From contig CAWAIF010000003.1 in assembly GCA_963782055.1 (NCBI GenBank), positions 5,376,001 through 5,440,000 on the forward strand: DNA of 64,000 nt, given 5' to 3'. Position numbers and translations under genes: made by a program. Shown piece by piece: positions 9,369 through 19,279 of the stretch. Below the pieces are notes generated by a model. That model saw nothing but the letters and a program-made list of their open reading frames with translations, was not told the DNA's origin and made no database searches. Within the stretch, counting starts at the first letter, position 1. Each line of letters starts with the position of its first letter. The stretch is from an uncultured delta proteobacterium (lineage in GTDB: Bacteria > Myxococcota_A > Polyangia > Polyangiales > Polyangiaceae).

Positions 9369-9721
9369 GCCAACAGTACGACGACGACTTCCCGATGCCG
9401 CCCGACCTGGTCGCCGAGCACGAGTACATCCTCACGCACGGCGAGCCGTACAACCCCCGTCCCATCCGCCTCCGGTCGCGTGGAGCGCCGGCATCGACCC
9501 GGGAAGAAGTAGCGCGCTTCCAGCGGCGCTGTCGCATGCGTGCTCGCCGGGCGAGTGTGCGCGGCCGTACTCCTCCCACCCGCCGGGCTCCGCGGTCACG
9601 TGGCCCCCGCGCCCGCGTCGGCCACGTCCACACCACGGCGACACCGCCGGCGCCGAGCTCCGACCCACCACCACCGCCCAGGCCGCCACCGCCGCCCTCG
9701 TTGCCGGGAGCGGCGCGATGA
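9365..9721 (+). CDS. Hypothetical Arg/Pro-rich protein
   Basis: 4-bp overlaps with both neighbouring genes. Confidence 0.45.
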   Translation: MSQQYDDDFPMPPDLVAEHEYILTHGEPYNPRPIRLRSRGAPASTREEVARFQRRCRMRARRASVRGRTPPTRRAPRSRGPRARVGHVHTTATPPAPSSDPPPPPRPPPPPSLPGAAR

Positions 9722-10275
9722 CCCGCAGGTCCTTCCCGCCGTTCGTCACGACCACGGTCGCCGCGGCGTACTGCGGCTACAAGGACGCGAGCGCCATCCG
9801 CAAAGCGCATCGCGAGGGACGCCTGCGGCCGGTGGGTCGCCGCGGCGGGACCGGCCCGTGGATGTGGGCGCTCGACGAGCTCGACCGATACCTGCGGGGG
9901 GAGCCACCGGCTGATACAATCGCGTCGGACCGCCTGAGTGCGCCCTCCGACCCTGGAGAAGTGCATGAAGGACAAGAAGCAGTGGTTGTACCGATGGAAG
10001 AACTGGCTCAGGGCCAGCGCCGTTCCGGGCGTCTGGCAGAGAAAGGAGGGCGGCCACTTCGTGCGGGTCCGCGTGATGGACCCGACGTCGGGGCACATGA
10101 AGGAAATCAAGAGGTCGCTCCCGGAAGCGGACGAGGCCACGGCCTACAAGTGGCTGAGCGAGGAGAAGAAGCGCATCCGCGCCGGGCTCGCCTCGGCGCC
10201 GCCTCAGCAGACGCGCTTCGCCGACTTCGTGACGTCCTTGGTGGAGCAAAAGGTGGCGAACAGGGACATCAGTAG
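9718..10275 (+). CDS. Excisionase-like HTH protein (frame runs on into the integrase)
   Basis: VTTTVAAAYCGYKDASAIRKAHREGRL...WALDELDRYL; directly upstream of integrase. Confidence 0.6.
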   Translation: MTRRSFPPFVTTTVAAAYCGYKDASAIRKAHREGRLRPVGRRGGTGPWMWALDELDRYLRGEPPADTIASDRLSAPSDPGEVHEGQEAVVVPMEELAQGQRRSGRLAEKGGRPLRAGPRDGPDVGAHEGNQEVAPGSGRGHGLQVAERGEEAHPRRARLGAASADALRRLRDVLGGAKGGEQGHQ

Positions 10276-11296
10276 CGCCAAGGGTCGCGAGCGTTGGCGA
10301 CACACGCTGACGCATCTCATCGCGGGCACGAAGGGCGAGAAGTCCGGCACCTTCGTTCCGGGGTTCGGGGAGTACTACATCGACCGGTTGCACGTGACGC
10401 ACGTCGAAGCCTGGCGGACGGGAATCGCCACGCTCATCGTGGCGGGGGACTACTCCCCGAACACGTGCAACAGCTGGCTCGCGATTCTGCGGGTCATCAT
10501 GCGAGCCGCGAAGAAGACCTTCGGGCTCGCCCACCTGGCCACCGAGGACGTGAAGGACTTCGACACGTCGGAGTTCGACACGTACACGGAGGAGGAGCCC
10601 AACGCGCTGCTCCCCGAGGAGGTGGGCCTCTTCTTCGAGGCCATGCGCACGCGGTACCCACAGTACTATGCCATGGCCTACCTCGGCCTCGTCACGGGCC
10701 TGCGACCGTCGTCGCTTCGCCCGCTGCGCCGCCGAGGACCGGAGGCTGACTTGCTCTGGGAGGAGGGGCGACTGCGGGTGCGTCGCTCGCAGACGCTCGG
10801 CAACGAGGTGATGAACACCACCAAGCAGAAGCGCAAGTACACCATCGACCTTCCGGAGGAGGTGATGGGGGTGCTGCGCTGGCACGTCGAGACGCAGCTC
10901 TCGACGCCGGAGCAGAAGGCGTCCGAGCTGCTCTTCCCCTCGGTCAGCGGGGGCTTCCGTTCGCCTTCCGTCCTCAACAAGCCGTTCGCCGAGGTGGCGG
11001 AGGAAATCGGGCTGGGCAAGAAGTTCACCCAGCGCGGGCTCCGCCGCACGTTCAACGACCTCGCCCGCATCGCGCAGGTGAGCGACGTGGTGACCCGGAG
11101 CATCTCCGGTCACCTCACCCAGAAGATGCAGGACCACTACTCGACGCCGAGCGCGGACGAGAAGCGGCAGAGCATCGCGCGCGTCATCGAGCTGGCCAGC
11201 CGCCGGCCGGCTCCCGCCCCCTCCCCTCCGGGAGGTGGTGCTCCAGGTGGTGCTCCGAACGCCGGAGGTGGTGCTCCCAACGACAAAGCCGGCTGA
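9965..11296 (+). CDS. int: Tyrosine recombinase/integrase
   Basis: TGLRPS, TTK, RGLRRTF, ISGH, QDHY; GGAG RBS; points toward the tRNA 3' end. Confidence 0.93.
   Translation: MKDKKQWLYRWKNWLRASAVPGVWQRKEGGHFVRVRVMDPTSGHMKEIKRSLPEADEATAYKWLSEEKKRIRAGLASAPPQQTRFADFVTSLVEQKVANRDISSAKGRERWRHTLTHLIAGTKGEKSGTFVPGFGEYYIDRLHVTHVEAWRTGIATLIVAGDYSPNTCNSWLAILRVIMRAAKKTFGLAHLATEDVKDFDTSEFDTYTEEEPNALLPEEVGLFFEAMRTRYPQYYAMAYLGLVTGLRPSSLRPLRRRGPEADLLWEEGRLRVRRSQTLGNEVMNTTKQKRKYTIDLPEEVMGVLRWHVETQLSTPEQKASELLFPSVSGGFRSPSVLNKPFAEVAEEIGLGKKFTQRGLRRTFNDLARIAQVSDVVTRSISGHLTQKMQDHYSTPSADEKRQSIARVIELASRRPAPAPSPPGGGAPGGAPNAGGGAPNDKAG
11233..11277 (+). repeat. Three 12-bp direct repeats AGGTGGTGCTCC, candidate integrase arm-type sites
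   Basis: Identical copies at 11233, 11245 and 11266, ~60-100 bp from the tRNA end. Confidence 0.7.
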
Positions 11297-11314
11297 GGGA
11301 CACCCTCAACCGGC
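11288..11314. terminator. Hairpin between converging int and tRNA
   Basis: GCCGGCTGAGGG-ACA-CCCTCAACCGGC followed by T-rich sequence. Confidence 0.55.
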
Positions 11315-11335
11315 CAATTTTCAGCGCTTTTTTCG

Positions 11336-11407
11336 AGCGGGAGAAGGGATTCGAACCCTCGACGTCCACCTTGGCAAGGTGGCACTCTACCACTGAGTTA
11401 CTCCCGC
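11336..11407 (-). tRNA. tRNA-Gly (GCC), CCA not encoded
   Basis: Acceptor stem GCGGGAG/CTCCCGC, anticodon arm CCACC-TTGCCAA-GGTGG, GGTTCGAATCC T-loop. Confidence 0.98.
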
Positions 11408-11420
11408 AGTGGGGACGCGG

Positions 11421-11448
11421 TTTCTACCACGCCGGGTGCCCGTGTCAA
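11421..11448 (-). promoter_or_regulatory. sigma70-type promoter of tRNA-Gly
   Basis: TTGACA-N16-TAGAAA with TG extension, 14 bp upstream of the tRNA. Confidence 0.7.
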
Positions 11449-11515
11449 CGGCGATACCGACGGCACCCTCCGGCAATTCTGACGGAAAAACGCGGCCGTG
11501 CGATAACGGCACCGG

Positions 11516-12268
11516 ATGATCGACCGGGCGACCTACGTCACCCTCGCCGTGGCGATGCTCGGCCTCGCCGTGGTGACCTTCCTCGCCCTGCGCTTCGTGG
11601 TCGCACCCTACGGGCGCCACGCGCGGCCCGGGTGGGGTCCCACCCTCCCCGAGCGGCTGGGGTGGATGGTGATGGAGAGCCCCTCCCTCGTGCTCTTCGC
11701 CGCGATCTTCGCCGTCGGAGCGCATCGCGCCCAGGCCGCGCCCATCGCCCTCGCCGCGATGTGGCTCACGCACTACGGGCACCGCACCCTGGTCTATCCC
11801 TTCCGCCTGCGCGGTCACAAGCACATGCCCGCGATGGTGGTCGTGCTCGGCTTCGGCTTCAACCTCCTCAACGCCACCATCAACGCCAGCTGGATCTCCG
11901 GGCTGGGCACCTACCCGGCCGGGTGGATCACCGGCGGGCGCTTCCTCGCGGGCGCCGCCCTCTTCGTCGCGGGCATGGCCGTCAACCTGGACGCCGACCG
12001 GCGCCTCTTCGCGCTGCGCCGCGAGGCGCAGGGCTACGCCATCCCGCGCGGCGGCCTGTACACCTGGGTCAGCTGCCCCAACTACCTCGGCGAGATCGTG
12101 GAGTGGTCCGGGTGGGCGCTGGCGAGCTGGTCGCTCGGCGGCGCGGCCTTCGCCGTCTACACGATCGCCAACCTGGCGCCACGCGCGGCGTCACACCACG
12201 CGTGGTACCTGCAGCGGTTTTCGGAGTACCCGCGCGAGCGCCGGGCGCTCGTGCCGTTCGTCTGGTGA
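11516..12268 (+). CDS. 3-oxo-5-alpha-steroid 4-dehydrogenase (steroid 5-alpha-reductase) family membrane protein
   Basis: APYGRH, WMVMESP, HYGHR, YAIPRGGLY.WVSCPNYLGEIVEW, NLAPRA..HH.WY. Confidence 0.92.
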   Translation: MIDRATYVTLAVAMLGLAVVTFLALRFVVAPYGRHARPGWGPTLPERLGWMVMESPSLVLFAAIFAVGAHRAQAAPIALAAMWLTHYGHRTLVYPFRLRGHKHMPAMVVVLGFGFNLLNATINASWISGLGTYPAGWITGGRFLAGAALFVAGMAVNLDADRRLFALRREAQGYAIPRGGLYTWVSCPNYLGEIVEWSGWALASWSLGGAAFAVYTIANLAPRAASHHAWYLQRFSEYPRERRALVPFVW

Positions 12269-12844
12269 TCAGCCGGGACCGGCGTCCTTCGGCGGGGGGA
12301 AGCCGCCGTCGAACGAGGGCGCGCAGACCATCAGCCCGCCGAAGGCCGGCCGGCAGGTGTCCGGCGGCGTGCACTCGGAGGAGTCCTCGCAGAGCTGCGG
12401 GTTCTGGTAGCCACCCTTGCACGCCTGCTGGCAGGTGGCGGTGATCTTCTGGTTCTGGAAGGCGCCGCAGCACACCTCCCCGTTGGGGCAGCTCTTGGCG
12501 CTGGAGCAGTCGAGCTGGGCGCCCTGACACTGGCCGCCCTTGGCGACGCACGTCGTGCCCTGCTGGGTCGCGCAGCAGAACTCGGTGTCGGCGTTGCACG
12601 TGGCCTTGCCGCAGGTGATGGTGCCGCCTGTCGTCGTGCCGGAGTCGGTGCCGATGACCCCACCATCGACGCCCGTGGAGCCGTCGGGGTTGGTGGTGCC
12701 GGTGTCGGTACCGGTGCTCGCGTCGTTGCCTGTCGAGGCGTCTCCCTGTCCATCGTCCACCGTGCTGCCGCCGCACGCGCCGGCGACGACGGCGAGGATG
12801 GCGAGAGAGGTCACGGCAACGAACCCACGTCGGAAAGTAAGCAT
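12269..12844 (-). CDS. Cys-rich secreted lipoprotein
   Basis: Lipobox-like AGAC, D/G/T linker, Cys-rich C-terminus. Confidence 0.7.
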   Translation of the reverse strand: MLTFRRGFVAVTSLAILAVVAGACGGSTVDDGQGDASTGNDASTGTDTGTTNPDGSTGVDGGVIGTDSGTTTGGTITCGKATCNADTEFCCATQQGTTCVAKGGQCQGAQLDCSSAKSCPNGEVCCGAFQNQKITATCQQACKGGYQNPQLCEDSSECTPPDTCRPAFGGLMVCAPSFDGGFPPPKDAGPG

Positions 12845-12989
12845 GCGTCTTCTCCTCGGGCGTGCAGTGTAAAGCAACCTGCAGCGCCGCACACGGGTGC
12901 AGTGTGCCGCGCGGCGGTGTCGAAAAATTCCAGCGGTGCGGGCGCTCGGTCCACGCCCTGCGGGTCGTCGGCCGGCGCTCGGCCAGACC

Positions 12990-14219
12990 TCACTCGAAGC
13001 GCAGGGCGTCGATGGGCTCGAGCTGCGACGCCTTGTGCGCCGGGTAGAGGCCGAACACCACGCCGACGAATGCGCTGAAGCCGAAGGAGACGGCGATGAC
13101 CTGCGGCTGCACCAGCATCGGCCAGCGGAAGCGGGCGGCGAGCAGGATGGCGGTCCCCAGACCCAGCGTGACGCCGATGAGGCCGCCGGCCATGGAGAGG
13201 ACGAGCGCCTCGATGAGGAACTGCGCGCGGATCTGGCCGGGCTTGGCGCCGATGGCCATGCGAATGCCGATCTCGCGGGTGCGCTCGGTCACGCTCACCA
13301 GCATGATGTTCATGATGCCGATGCCGCCCACGAGCAGCGACACGGCGGCGACGCTGGCGAGCAGGGTGGTCATGGTCTCGGTGCCCTGCGCGCGGGCGCC
13401 GGCGATCTCGCTCAGGTTGCGGATGGAGAAGTCGTCGTCCTGGCCGGACAGAATGTGGTGCCTGTCGCGGAGCAGCTCGCTGATGCCCTTCTCCGCGCGC
13501 GCCGTCGACTCCGAGTCGACGGCCTCCACCATGATGGCGCCCTGCACGTACTTGGAGAGCCCGCCCTGGACCTTCTGCGCGAAGGTCGTGTAGGGGATGA
13601 ACGCCGCGTCGTCGTAGTCCTGACCGTTGGCCGACTGCCCCTTCGCCGCCGCGACGCCGACGACCTGGAACGGGGTCGTGCCGATGCGCACCGTCTGACC
13701 CACCGGGTTGGCGTTGGCGCCGAAGAGCTTGTCGGAGACCGTCTTGCCCAGCACCACCACCTTGGTGCCGCCCTCGACGTCGATGCTGGTGAAGCTCGCG
13801 CCGAGCGCGATGGGCCAGTTGCGGATCTGGAAGTACTCCGGGCTGGTGCCGGTGATGCTCGTCGTCCAGTTCTGGTCCTCGCTCACCACCGGGAGGTTGG
13901 CGCGCATCGAAGGGGCGACCGCCTTGACGCTCGGCACCTCCGTCCCCATGGCCCGCACGTCGTCCCACGTGAGCGTCGGCATGGTGCCGAAGCCGCCGTG
14001 GACGCCGCCGGCGGTGGTGGACCCCGGCAGCACGATGAGCATGTTGGTGCCCATGGAGGCGAAGGCCTGCTCGACCTGCGCCTTGGCGCCCGCGCCGATG
14101 GCCATCATGGCGATGACCGCGCCGACGCCGATGATGATGCCCAGCGTCGTGAGGAACGCGCGCATCTTGTTGCGGAGGATGGCGCGGAGGGCGACGCGCA
14201 GCGTCTGGAAGGCGTTCAT
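12990..14219 (-). CDS. MacB-type ABC transporter permease
   Basis: LGIIIGV, GGIGIMNIMLVSVTERTREIGIR, PIDALRFE. Confidence 0.95.
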   Translation of the reverse strand: MNAFQTLRVALRAILRNKMRAFLTTLGIIIGVGAVIAMMAIGAGAKAQVEQAFASMGTNMLIVLPGSTTAGGVHGGFGTMPTLTWDDVRAMGTEVPSVKAVAPSMRANLPVVSEDQNWTTSITGTSPEYFQIRNWPIALGASFTSIDVEGGTKVVVLGKTVSDKLFGANANPVGQTVRIGTTPFQVVGVAAAKGQSANGQDYDDAAFIPYTTFAQKVQGGLSKYVQGAIMVEAVDSESTARAEKGISELLRDRHHILSGQDDDFSIRNLSEIAGARAQGTETMTTLLASVAAVSLLVGGIGIMNIMLVSVTERTREIGIRMAIGAKPGQIRAQFLIEALVLSMAGGLIGVTLGLGTAILLAARFRWPMLVQPQVIAVSFGFSAFVGVVFGLYPAHKASQLEPIDALRFE

Positions 14220-14283
14220 GCCTTCCCTCCCTGCGGGCGGTCGGCATGGTCATGCCGCTCGCCCTGCGGGCTCGCTTGCATGG

Positions 14284-15018
<735 letters not shown>

Positions 15019-15025
15019 CGCGCGC

Positions 15026-16402
15026 TCAGAGCCTGAAGTGCATGCCGCCGCCGCCGGAGGGAGGAGGCGCCGACGAAGACGAGGTCGCGTCGGTGACGAC
15101 CTTCTCCCCCGCCTTCAGATCGCCGCTGGTGATCTCGGTGTAGGTGCCGTCGGTGAGGCCGGTCTTCACCGAGACCTGCGCGGGCGCGCCGCCACGCATG
15201 ACCCATAGGGGGCGCTCGGTGGAGGCGGCGGCGCCCGCGTTGCCATGGCCCCCGTGAGCCGCCGACCCCTCGGGCGAGGCGCTGCCCGCCGCACGACCGC
15301 CGCCGGCGCGCGCGCTGCCGGCCGGCCTCGCGCCGCCCGCCCCCTTCGTGCGAGCGGTGCTCGCCGCGCCCGGCATGCGGAAGCGCAGGGCGGCGTTGGG
15401 AACCGCGAGCGCGTTGTCGCGCTGGTCGTAGATGATGGTGACGTTCGCCGTCATGCCGGGGCGCAGCTTGAGGTCTGTGTTGTCCACCGCGATGACGGCG
15501 TCATAGGTGACCACGTTCTGCAGCGTCTGCGCGGCGTTGCGGATCTGCGCGATGGTGCCGCGGAAGGTGCGGCCGGGGAAGGCGTCGACCGTGAAGCGCG
15601 CCTGCTGGCCCGCCTCCAGGCGCCCCACGTCGCCCTCCGAGACGTTGGTGTCGACCTGCATCTTGCTCAGGTCGCCGGCGATGGTGAAGAGCACCGGCGC
15701 CTGCAGCGAGGCGGCGACGGTCTGGCCGACGTCCACGTTGCGCGAGATCACCGTGCCGTCGATCGGCGAGAAGATGCTGGTGTACGAGAGGTTGACCTGC
15801 GTCTGGTTGAGCGAGGCCCGCGCCTGCTGGAGCGAGGCGTTGGCGACGTCGATGCCCGCCTTGGCGAGGGTCAGGTTGGTCTCGGCCGTATCCACGTCTT
15901 GCTGGGCCGCCAGGCCCTGCGCGTGAAGCGCGCTGGTGCGATCGAAGACGCGCTTGGCGTCGGTGAGGCGCGCCTTCGCCTGCGTGAGGCTCGCCTGCGC
16001 CGAGAGGAAGTTCGCGCGCGACTGCGCGACGGCCGCCTCGATCAGCTGCGGGTCGATCTTCGCGATGAGCTCCCCCTTCTTCACGGGCGAGTTGAAATCG
16101 ACGTAGAGCTTCTGCACGCGGCCGGAGACCTGGCTGCCCACCTGCACGGTCGTGACGGCCTGCAGCGTGCCCGACGCCGTGACCTTGCCGACGATGCGAC
16201 GCATCTCCGCCGGGGCGGTCTTGTACTCCACCGCCGGGGCCGCGTGGGTCGTGCGGTAGTGCCAGTAGTAGAGCCCGCCCGCGATCCCGCACGCCAGCAC
16301 CAGGAGCCAGACCAGGTTCTTGCGCCAGCGCGAGAACCACGCCGCGACCGGGCTGGCGGTCGTCTGGTGCTGCTCGCTGACGGAGGAGGTCTGCATGGTC
16401 AC
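15026..16402 (-). CDS. MacA-like periplasmic adaptor subunit
   Basis: TM anchor, VGSQVSG, coiled-coil hairpin, IFSPIDG, LRPGMTA. Confidence 0.93.
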   Translation of the reverse strand: MTMQTSSVSEQHQTTASPVAAWFSRWRKNLVWLLVLACGIAGGLYYWHYRTTHAAPAVEYKTAPAEMRRIVGKVTASGTLQAVTTVQVGSQVSGRVQKLYVDFNSPVKKGELIAKIDPQLIEAAVAQSRANFLSAQASLTQAKARLTDAKRVFDRTSALHAQGLAAQQDVDTAETNLTLAKAGIDVANASLQQARASLNQTQVNLSYTSIFSPIDGTVISRNVDVGQTVAASLQAPVLFTIAGDLSKMQVDTNVSEGDVGRLEAGQQARFTVDAFPGRTFRGTIAQIRNAAQTLQNVVTYDAVIAVDNTDLKLRPGMTANVTIIYDQRDNALAVPNAALRFRMPGAASTARTKGAGGARPAGSARAGGGRAAGSASPEGSAAHGGHGNAGAAASTERPLWVMRGGAPAQVSVKTGLTDGTYTEITSGDLKAGEKVVTDATSSSSAPPPSGGGGMHFRL

Positions 16403-16489
16403 GGCACTGGATTGGACGACCGCGCTGGGGCGCGGCGCACGGGCCTTTGCAAAGCTTTACCCTTGCAGAACCCGGACCACCACTCTTGC

Positions 16490-17416
16490 TCAACCGGCAA
16501 GGGACGCCCACGCCGCGGCGAGCCGCTTGTCGCGCGCCGACTGCGCGACGGCCAGCAGACCGCGGTCGCGCTGCCATCGCTCCTGCACCTCCGCCGGCGC
16601 TTCCTTCCAGTGGGGGTCGGCCGCCTGGAGGAAGCGATGCACCGCGCGCAGCGCGCCGCCGAGCACCACCTGCACCGCGCGCGACGACGGGTCTTCCGCG
16701 GCGAGCGCGCGCAGCAAGGCCACCGCGGCGGCGCCGTCCTCCACGAGCTCGCGCGGCCACCCGAACGCGCGCGCCGCGCCGATCAGATGGGCGACGAGCG
16801 CGCCCATCACGTGCACGTCCTCCACGGTGCGAAAGGGCTTCACGTAGCGCTCCCAGCCGTCACCCTCGAGCACGTCCTCGTCGCGCACGCGCACCCCCTC
16901 CAGCCGCAGCTCCGCGTGAGGGATCTCCGGGGCGAAGGGCGTGGGCGGCATGGCGGTGAGCCGCACGCCCGGGTCGCCGGAGGCGACCTCCACGAGCGCC
17001 AGGCGCCTGCGCCCGTCGGCCTCGACGCCGCGCATGGCGAGGACGAGCAGCACGTCCGCCGAGGCGCCGAGCGTGACCCACCTCTTCGCGCCGTCCAGCA
17101 CCAGGCCCCCCTCGGGCGAGGGTGCGAGGCGCGTGGCGATGGCGCGAGGATGGGCGCCGCCTTCCTCCGTCGCGCAGAGCGCGAGGCGCCGGGGCGCGCC
17201 GGGAGCGGCGAGCTCCGGGATCAACGCCTCCAGCGCTCCCTGGTAGCCCGCCGCGAAGGCGAGCCCCACCCGGTCGGCCTCGCAGCCCAGCCTCACGGCG
17301 CGGTCGAACGCCGAGCCTGGCGTGTTGGCCAGCTCCGCGCGGCGCGCGTCGAGCCGCTCGAGCGAGTCGATCGACCACGGGTGGCCACCCGCGAGGAGGA
17401 GACCGAGGAGGTGCAC
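16490..17416 (-). CDS. Acyl-CoA dehydrogenase-like protein
   Basis: ALCATEEGG, LDGAKRWVT, YVKPFRTVED. Confidence 0.8.
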   Translation of the reverse strand: MHLLGLLLAGGHPWSIDSLERLDARRAELANTPGSAFDRAVRLGCEADRVGLAFAAGYQGALEALIPELAAPGAPRRLALCATEEGGAHPRAIATRLAPSPEGGLVLDGAKRWVTLGASADVLLVLAMRGVEADGRRRLALVEVASGDPGVRLTAMPPTPFAPEIPHAELRLEGVRVRDEDVLEGDGWERYVKPFRTVEDVHVMGALVAHLIGAARAFGWPRELVEDGAAAVALLRALAAEDPSSRAVQVVLGGALRAVHRFLQAADPHWKEAPAEVQERWQRDRGLLAVAQSARDKRLAAAWASLAG

Positions 17417-17435
17417 GGCTCGAGTCTACGCCCGC

Positions 17436-17885
17436 TCACGAGGGCTTGGTGATGGCGCGCACGGTCAGCACCGGGATGGGCGAGAGGCGCACCACCTTCT
17501 CCGCCACGCTGCCGAGCAGCAGGTGCCCCATGCCGCTGCGGCCGTGGGTGCCCATGACGATCAGGTCGGCGCCGGCGTCCTCCGCCGCGCTCAGGATCTC
17601 CTGCCACGCCACGCCGGTGCGCACGATGGCCTCGGCGGGCGCGTAGAGCTTGCGCACCTCGGGCAGCTTGATGCTCATCTGCTCCTCGGCGGCGTCCTCG
17701 ATGGGCGTCAGCAGGTCGACCGGAGCCTCGGCCATGCCGGAGTAGGCGTACGCCGGGATCTCGCAGACGTGCAGGAGGGTGAGGCGGGCCTCGAAGCGGC
17801 GAGCGAGCTCGACGGCCGTGGAGAGCGCGCGCTCGGAGGACTCTCCGAAGTCCACGGGCACCAGGATGTGACGGAAGAGCGCCAT
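17436..17885 (-). CDS. Universal stress protein
   Basis: ILVPVDF, DLIVMGTHGR, LLGSVAEKVVR. Confidence 0.95.
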   Translation of the reverse strand: MALFRHILVPVDFGESSERALSTAVELARRFEARLTLLHVCEIPAYAYSGMAEAPVDLLTPIEDAAEEQMSIKLPEVRKLYAPAEAIVRTGVAWQEILSAAEDAGADLIVMGTHGRSGMGHLLLGSVAEKVVRLSPIPVLTVRAITKPS

Positions 17886-17897
17886 GCGTGAAGTCCT

Positions 17898-17913
17898 TGC
17901 ACCGCGCGTGCCT
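17898..17913 (-). promoter_or_regulatory. Possible sigma54 promoter upstream of USP gene
   Basis: AGGCACGCGCGGTGCA, GG-N10-GC spacing. Confidence 0.4.
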
Positions 17914-18000
17914 TTCCGGGAGGGCGAGAAGTCTGGTCGCCACCGCGCGAGAGCACGCAATCTGCGCAGCGACGCGCAATGGGTGCGGGCACGGCGCCAG

Positions 18001-19221
18001 CTACAGCGCCGGCTGCTCGAACCCGGGCGTTGGGCGAGCGAAGACGTACCCCTGGCCGAAGTCGCACCCGAGGCGGCGGATCATCGCCAGCTCCTCCGGC
18101 GTCTCGATGCCCTCGGCGACGATGCGCATGCTCAGGCTTCGGCAGAGGCCCACGATGGACTCGATGAGCCGCTGCTTCACCGGCTGCGTGTGCACGTCAC
18201 GCACGAGCGACATGTCCAGCTTCACCACCTCCGGCTCGAGCACCGCGAAGCTCGTCAGGCCCGCGTAGCCGGCGCCGAGGTCGTCCACGGCGAGCTGGAA
18301 GCCGAGGCGGCGCAGGTCGTTGATGCGCACCCGCACGTCGGTGACCTTCTCCAGCGTCGTCCGCTCGGTGATCTCCAGCACCACGCGCTCGGCGCGCGCG
18401 GAGAGCGGCGCGCGCTCTGCGAAGAGCATGGGGTCGACCAGATCGTCCACGTGCAGGTTGACGAACATGAGCTGGTCGGGGGCGGGCATGTGCGGCATCG
18501 CCTCGGCCACCATCGCGCGCACCCGGCGGCCGAGGTCGCGTGTGCGCCCTAGCTGCTCGGCGGCGGCGAGCACCTCCGGCGGCGTGGCGAGGGTGGCGTC
18601 GGAGGAGCGGAGCAGGGCCTCGTAGCCCATGACGCGCTTGCGCCGCAGCTCGATGATCGGCTGAAAGGCCATGTACATCCCGGAGAGCGCGCTCTCGAAG
18701 GCGAGGCCGAGGTCCACGTCGCCGGCGAGGTGCACGCCGCTGGTGTGCTTCTCCAGGCCGAGCGCCTCCTTCTTCGCCCGACCGAGCTGCCGCAGGTTCC
18801 AGGCGCGGTCGACGCTGCGGAGCAGCGTGTCGCGGCTGACCGGCTTCTGCAGGTACTGAACCGCCCCCAGGTCCACCGCGTCGATCGCCGTCTCCAGGCT
18901 GGGCTGGCCGGTCACCAGCACGACGGGGACCTCGGGGTCGTAGGTCCGGATCGTGCGCATGAGGTCGGTGCCGAGGCCGTCGGGCAGGCTGATGTCGCTG
19001 ACGATGACGGCGAAGTGCGTCTGCATCGCCATCTGCGCGGCGTCCGCCGCCGTGGCCGCCGCGGTCACCTTCCACCCTGCCGCCTCCAGCACGCGCTGCT
19101 CGGCCTTGGCGACGAGCAGGTCGTCCTCGACCAGCAGCAGGCGCCGCGGGTCGGCGGAGTCGGGCTCGGGGCCGGGCACCCTGGTGATTCGCGAATCCCT
19201 CATGCCTGTCCATACGGACAC
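18001..19221 (-). CDS. Response regulator with EAL phosphodiesterase domain
   Basis: REC (VEDD, VSD, KP) plus EALLR, LEITE, DDLGAGY, EGIE. Confidence 0.93.
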   Translation of the reverse strand: MSVWTGMRDSRITRVPGPEPDSADPRRLLLVEDDLLVAKAEQRVLEAAGWKVTAAATAADAAQMAMQTHFAVIVSDISLPDGLGTDLMRTIRTYDPEVPVVLVTGQPSLETAIDAVDLGAVQYLQKPVSRDTLLRSVDRAWNLRQLGRAKKEALGLEKHTSGVHLAGDVDLGLAFESALSGMYMAFQPIIELRRKRVMGYEALLRSSDATLATPPEVLAAAEQLGRTRDLGRRVRAMVAEAMPHMPAPDQLMFVNLHVDDLVDPMLFAERAPLSARAERVVLEITERTTLEKVTDVRVRINDLRRLGFQLAVDDLGAGYAGLTSFAVLEPEVVKLDMSLVRDVHTQPVKQRLIESIVGLCRSLSMRIVAEGIETPEELAMIRRLGCDFGQGYVFARPTPGFEQPAL

Positions 19222-19279
19222 TGTCGCCGCCTGCTTGAGTGCGCGGAGGTGAGCCGAGGTGGGCGGGAGCGCCGCGACT

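Larger units (their letters stand above)
1..11335. mobile_element. Integrative element / genomic island at tRNA-Gly 3' end (left boundary outside window)
   Basis: Tyrosine integrase ends 39 bp from the tRNA 3' end; flanked by Xis-like and MerR-like HTH genes, phage-type hypotheticals and a Rep-like ORF; no second copy of the tRNA 3' end seen in the window. Confidence 0.8.
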
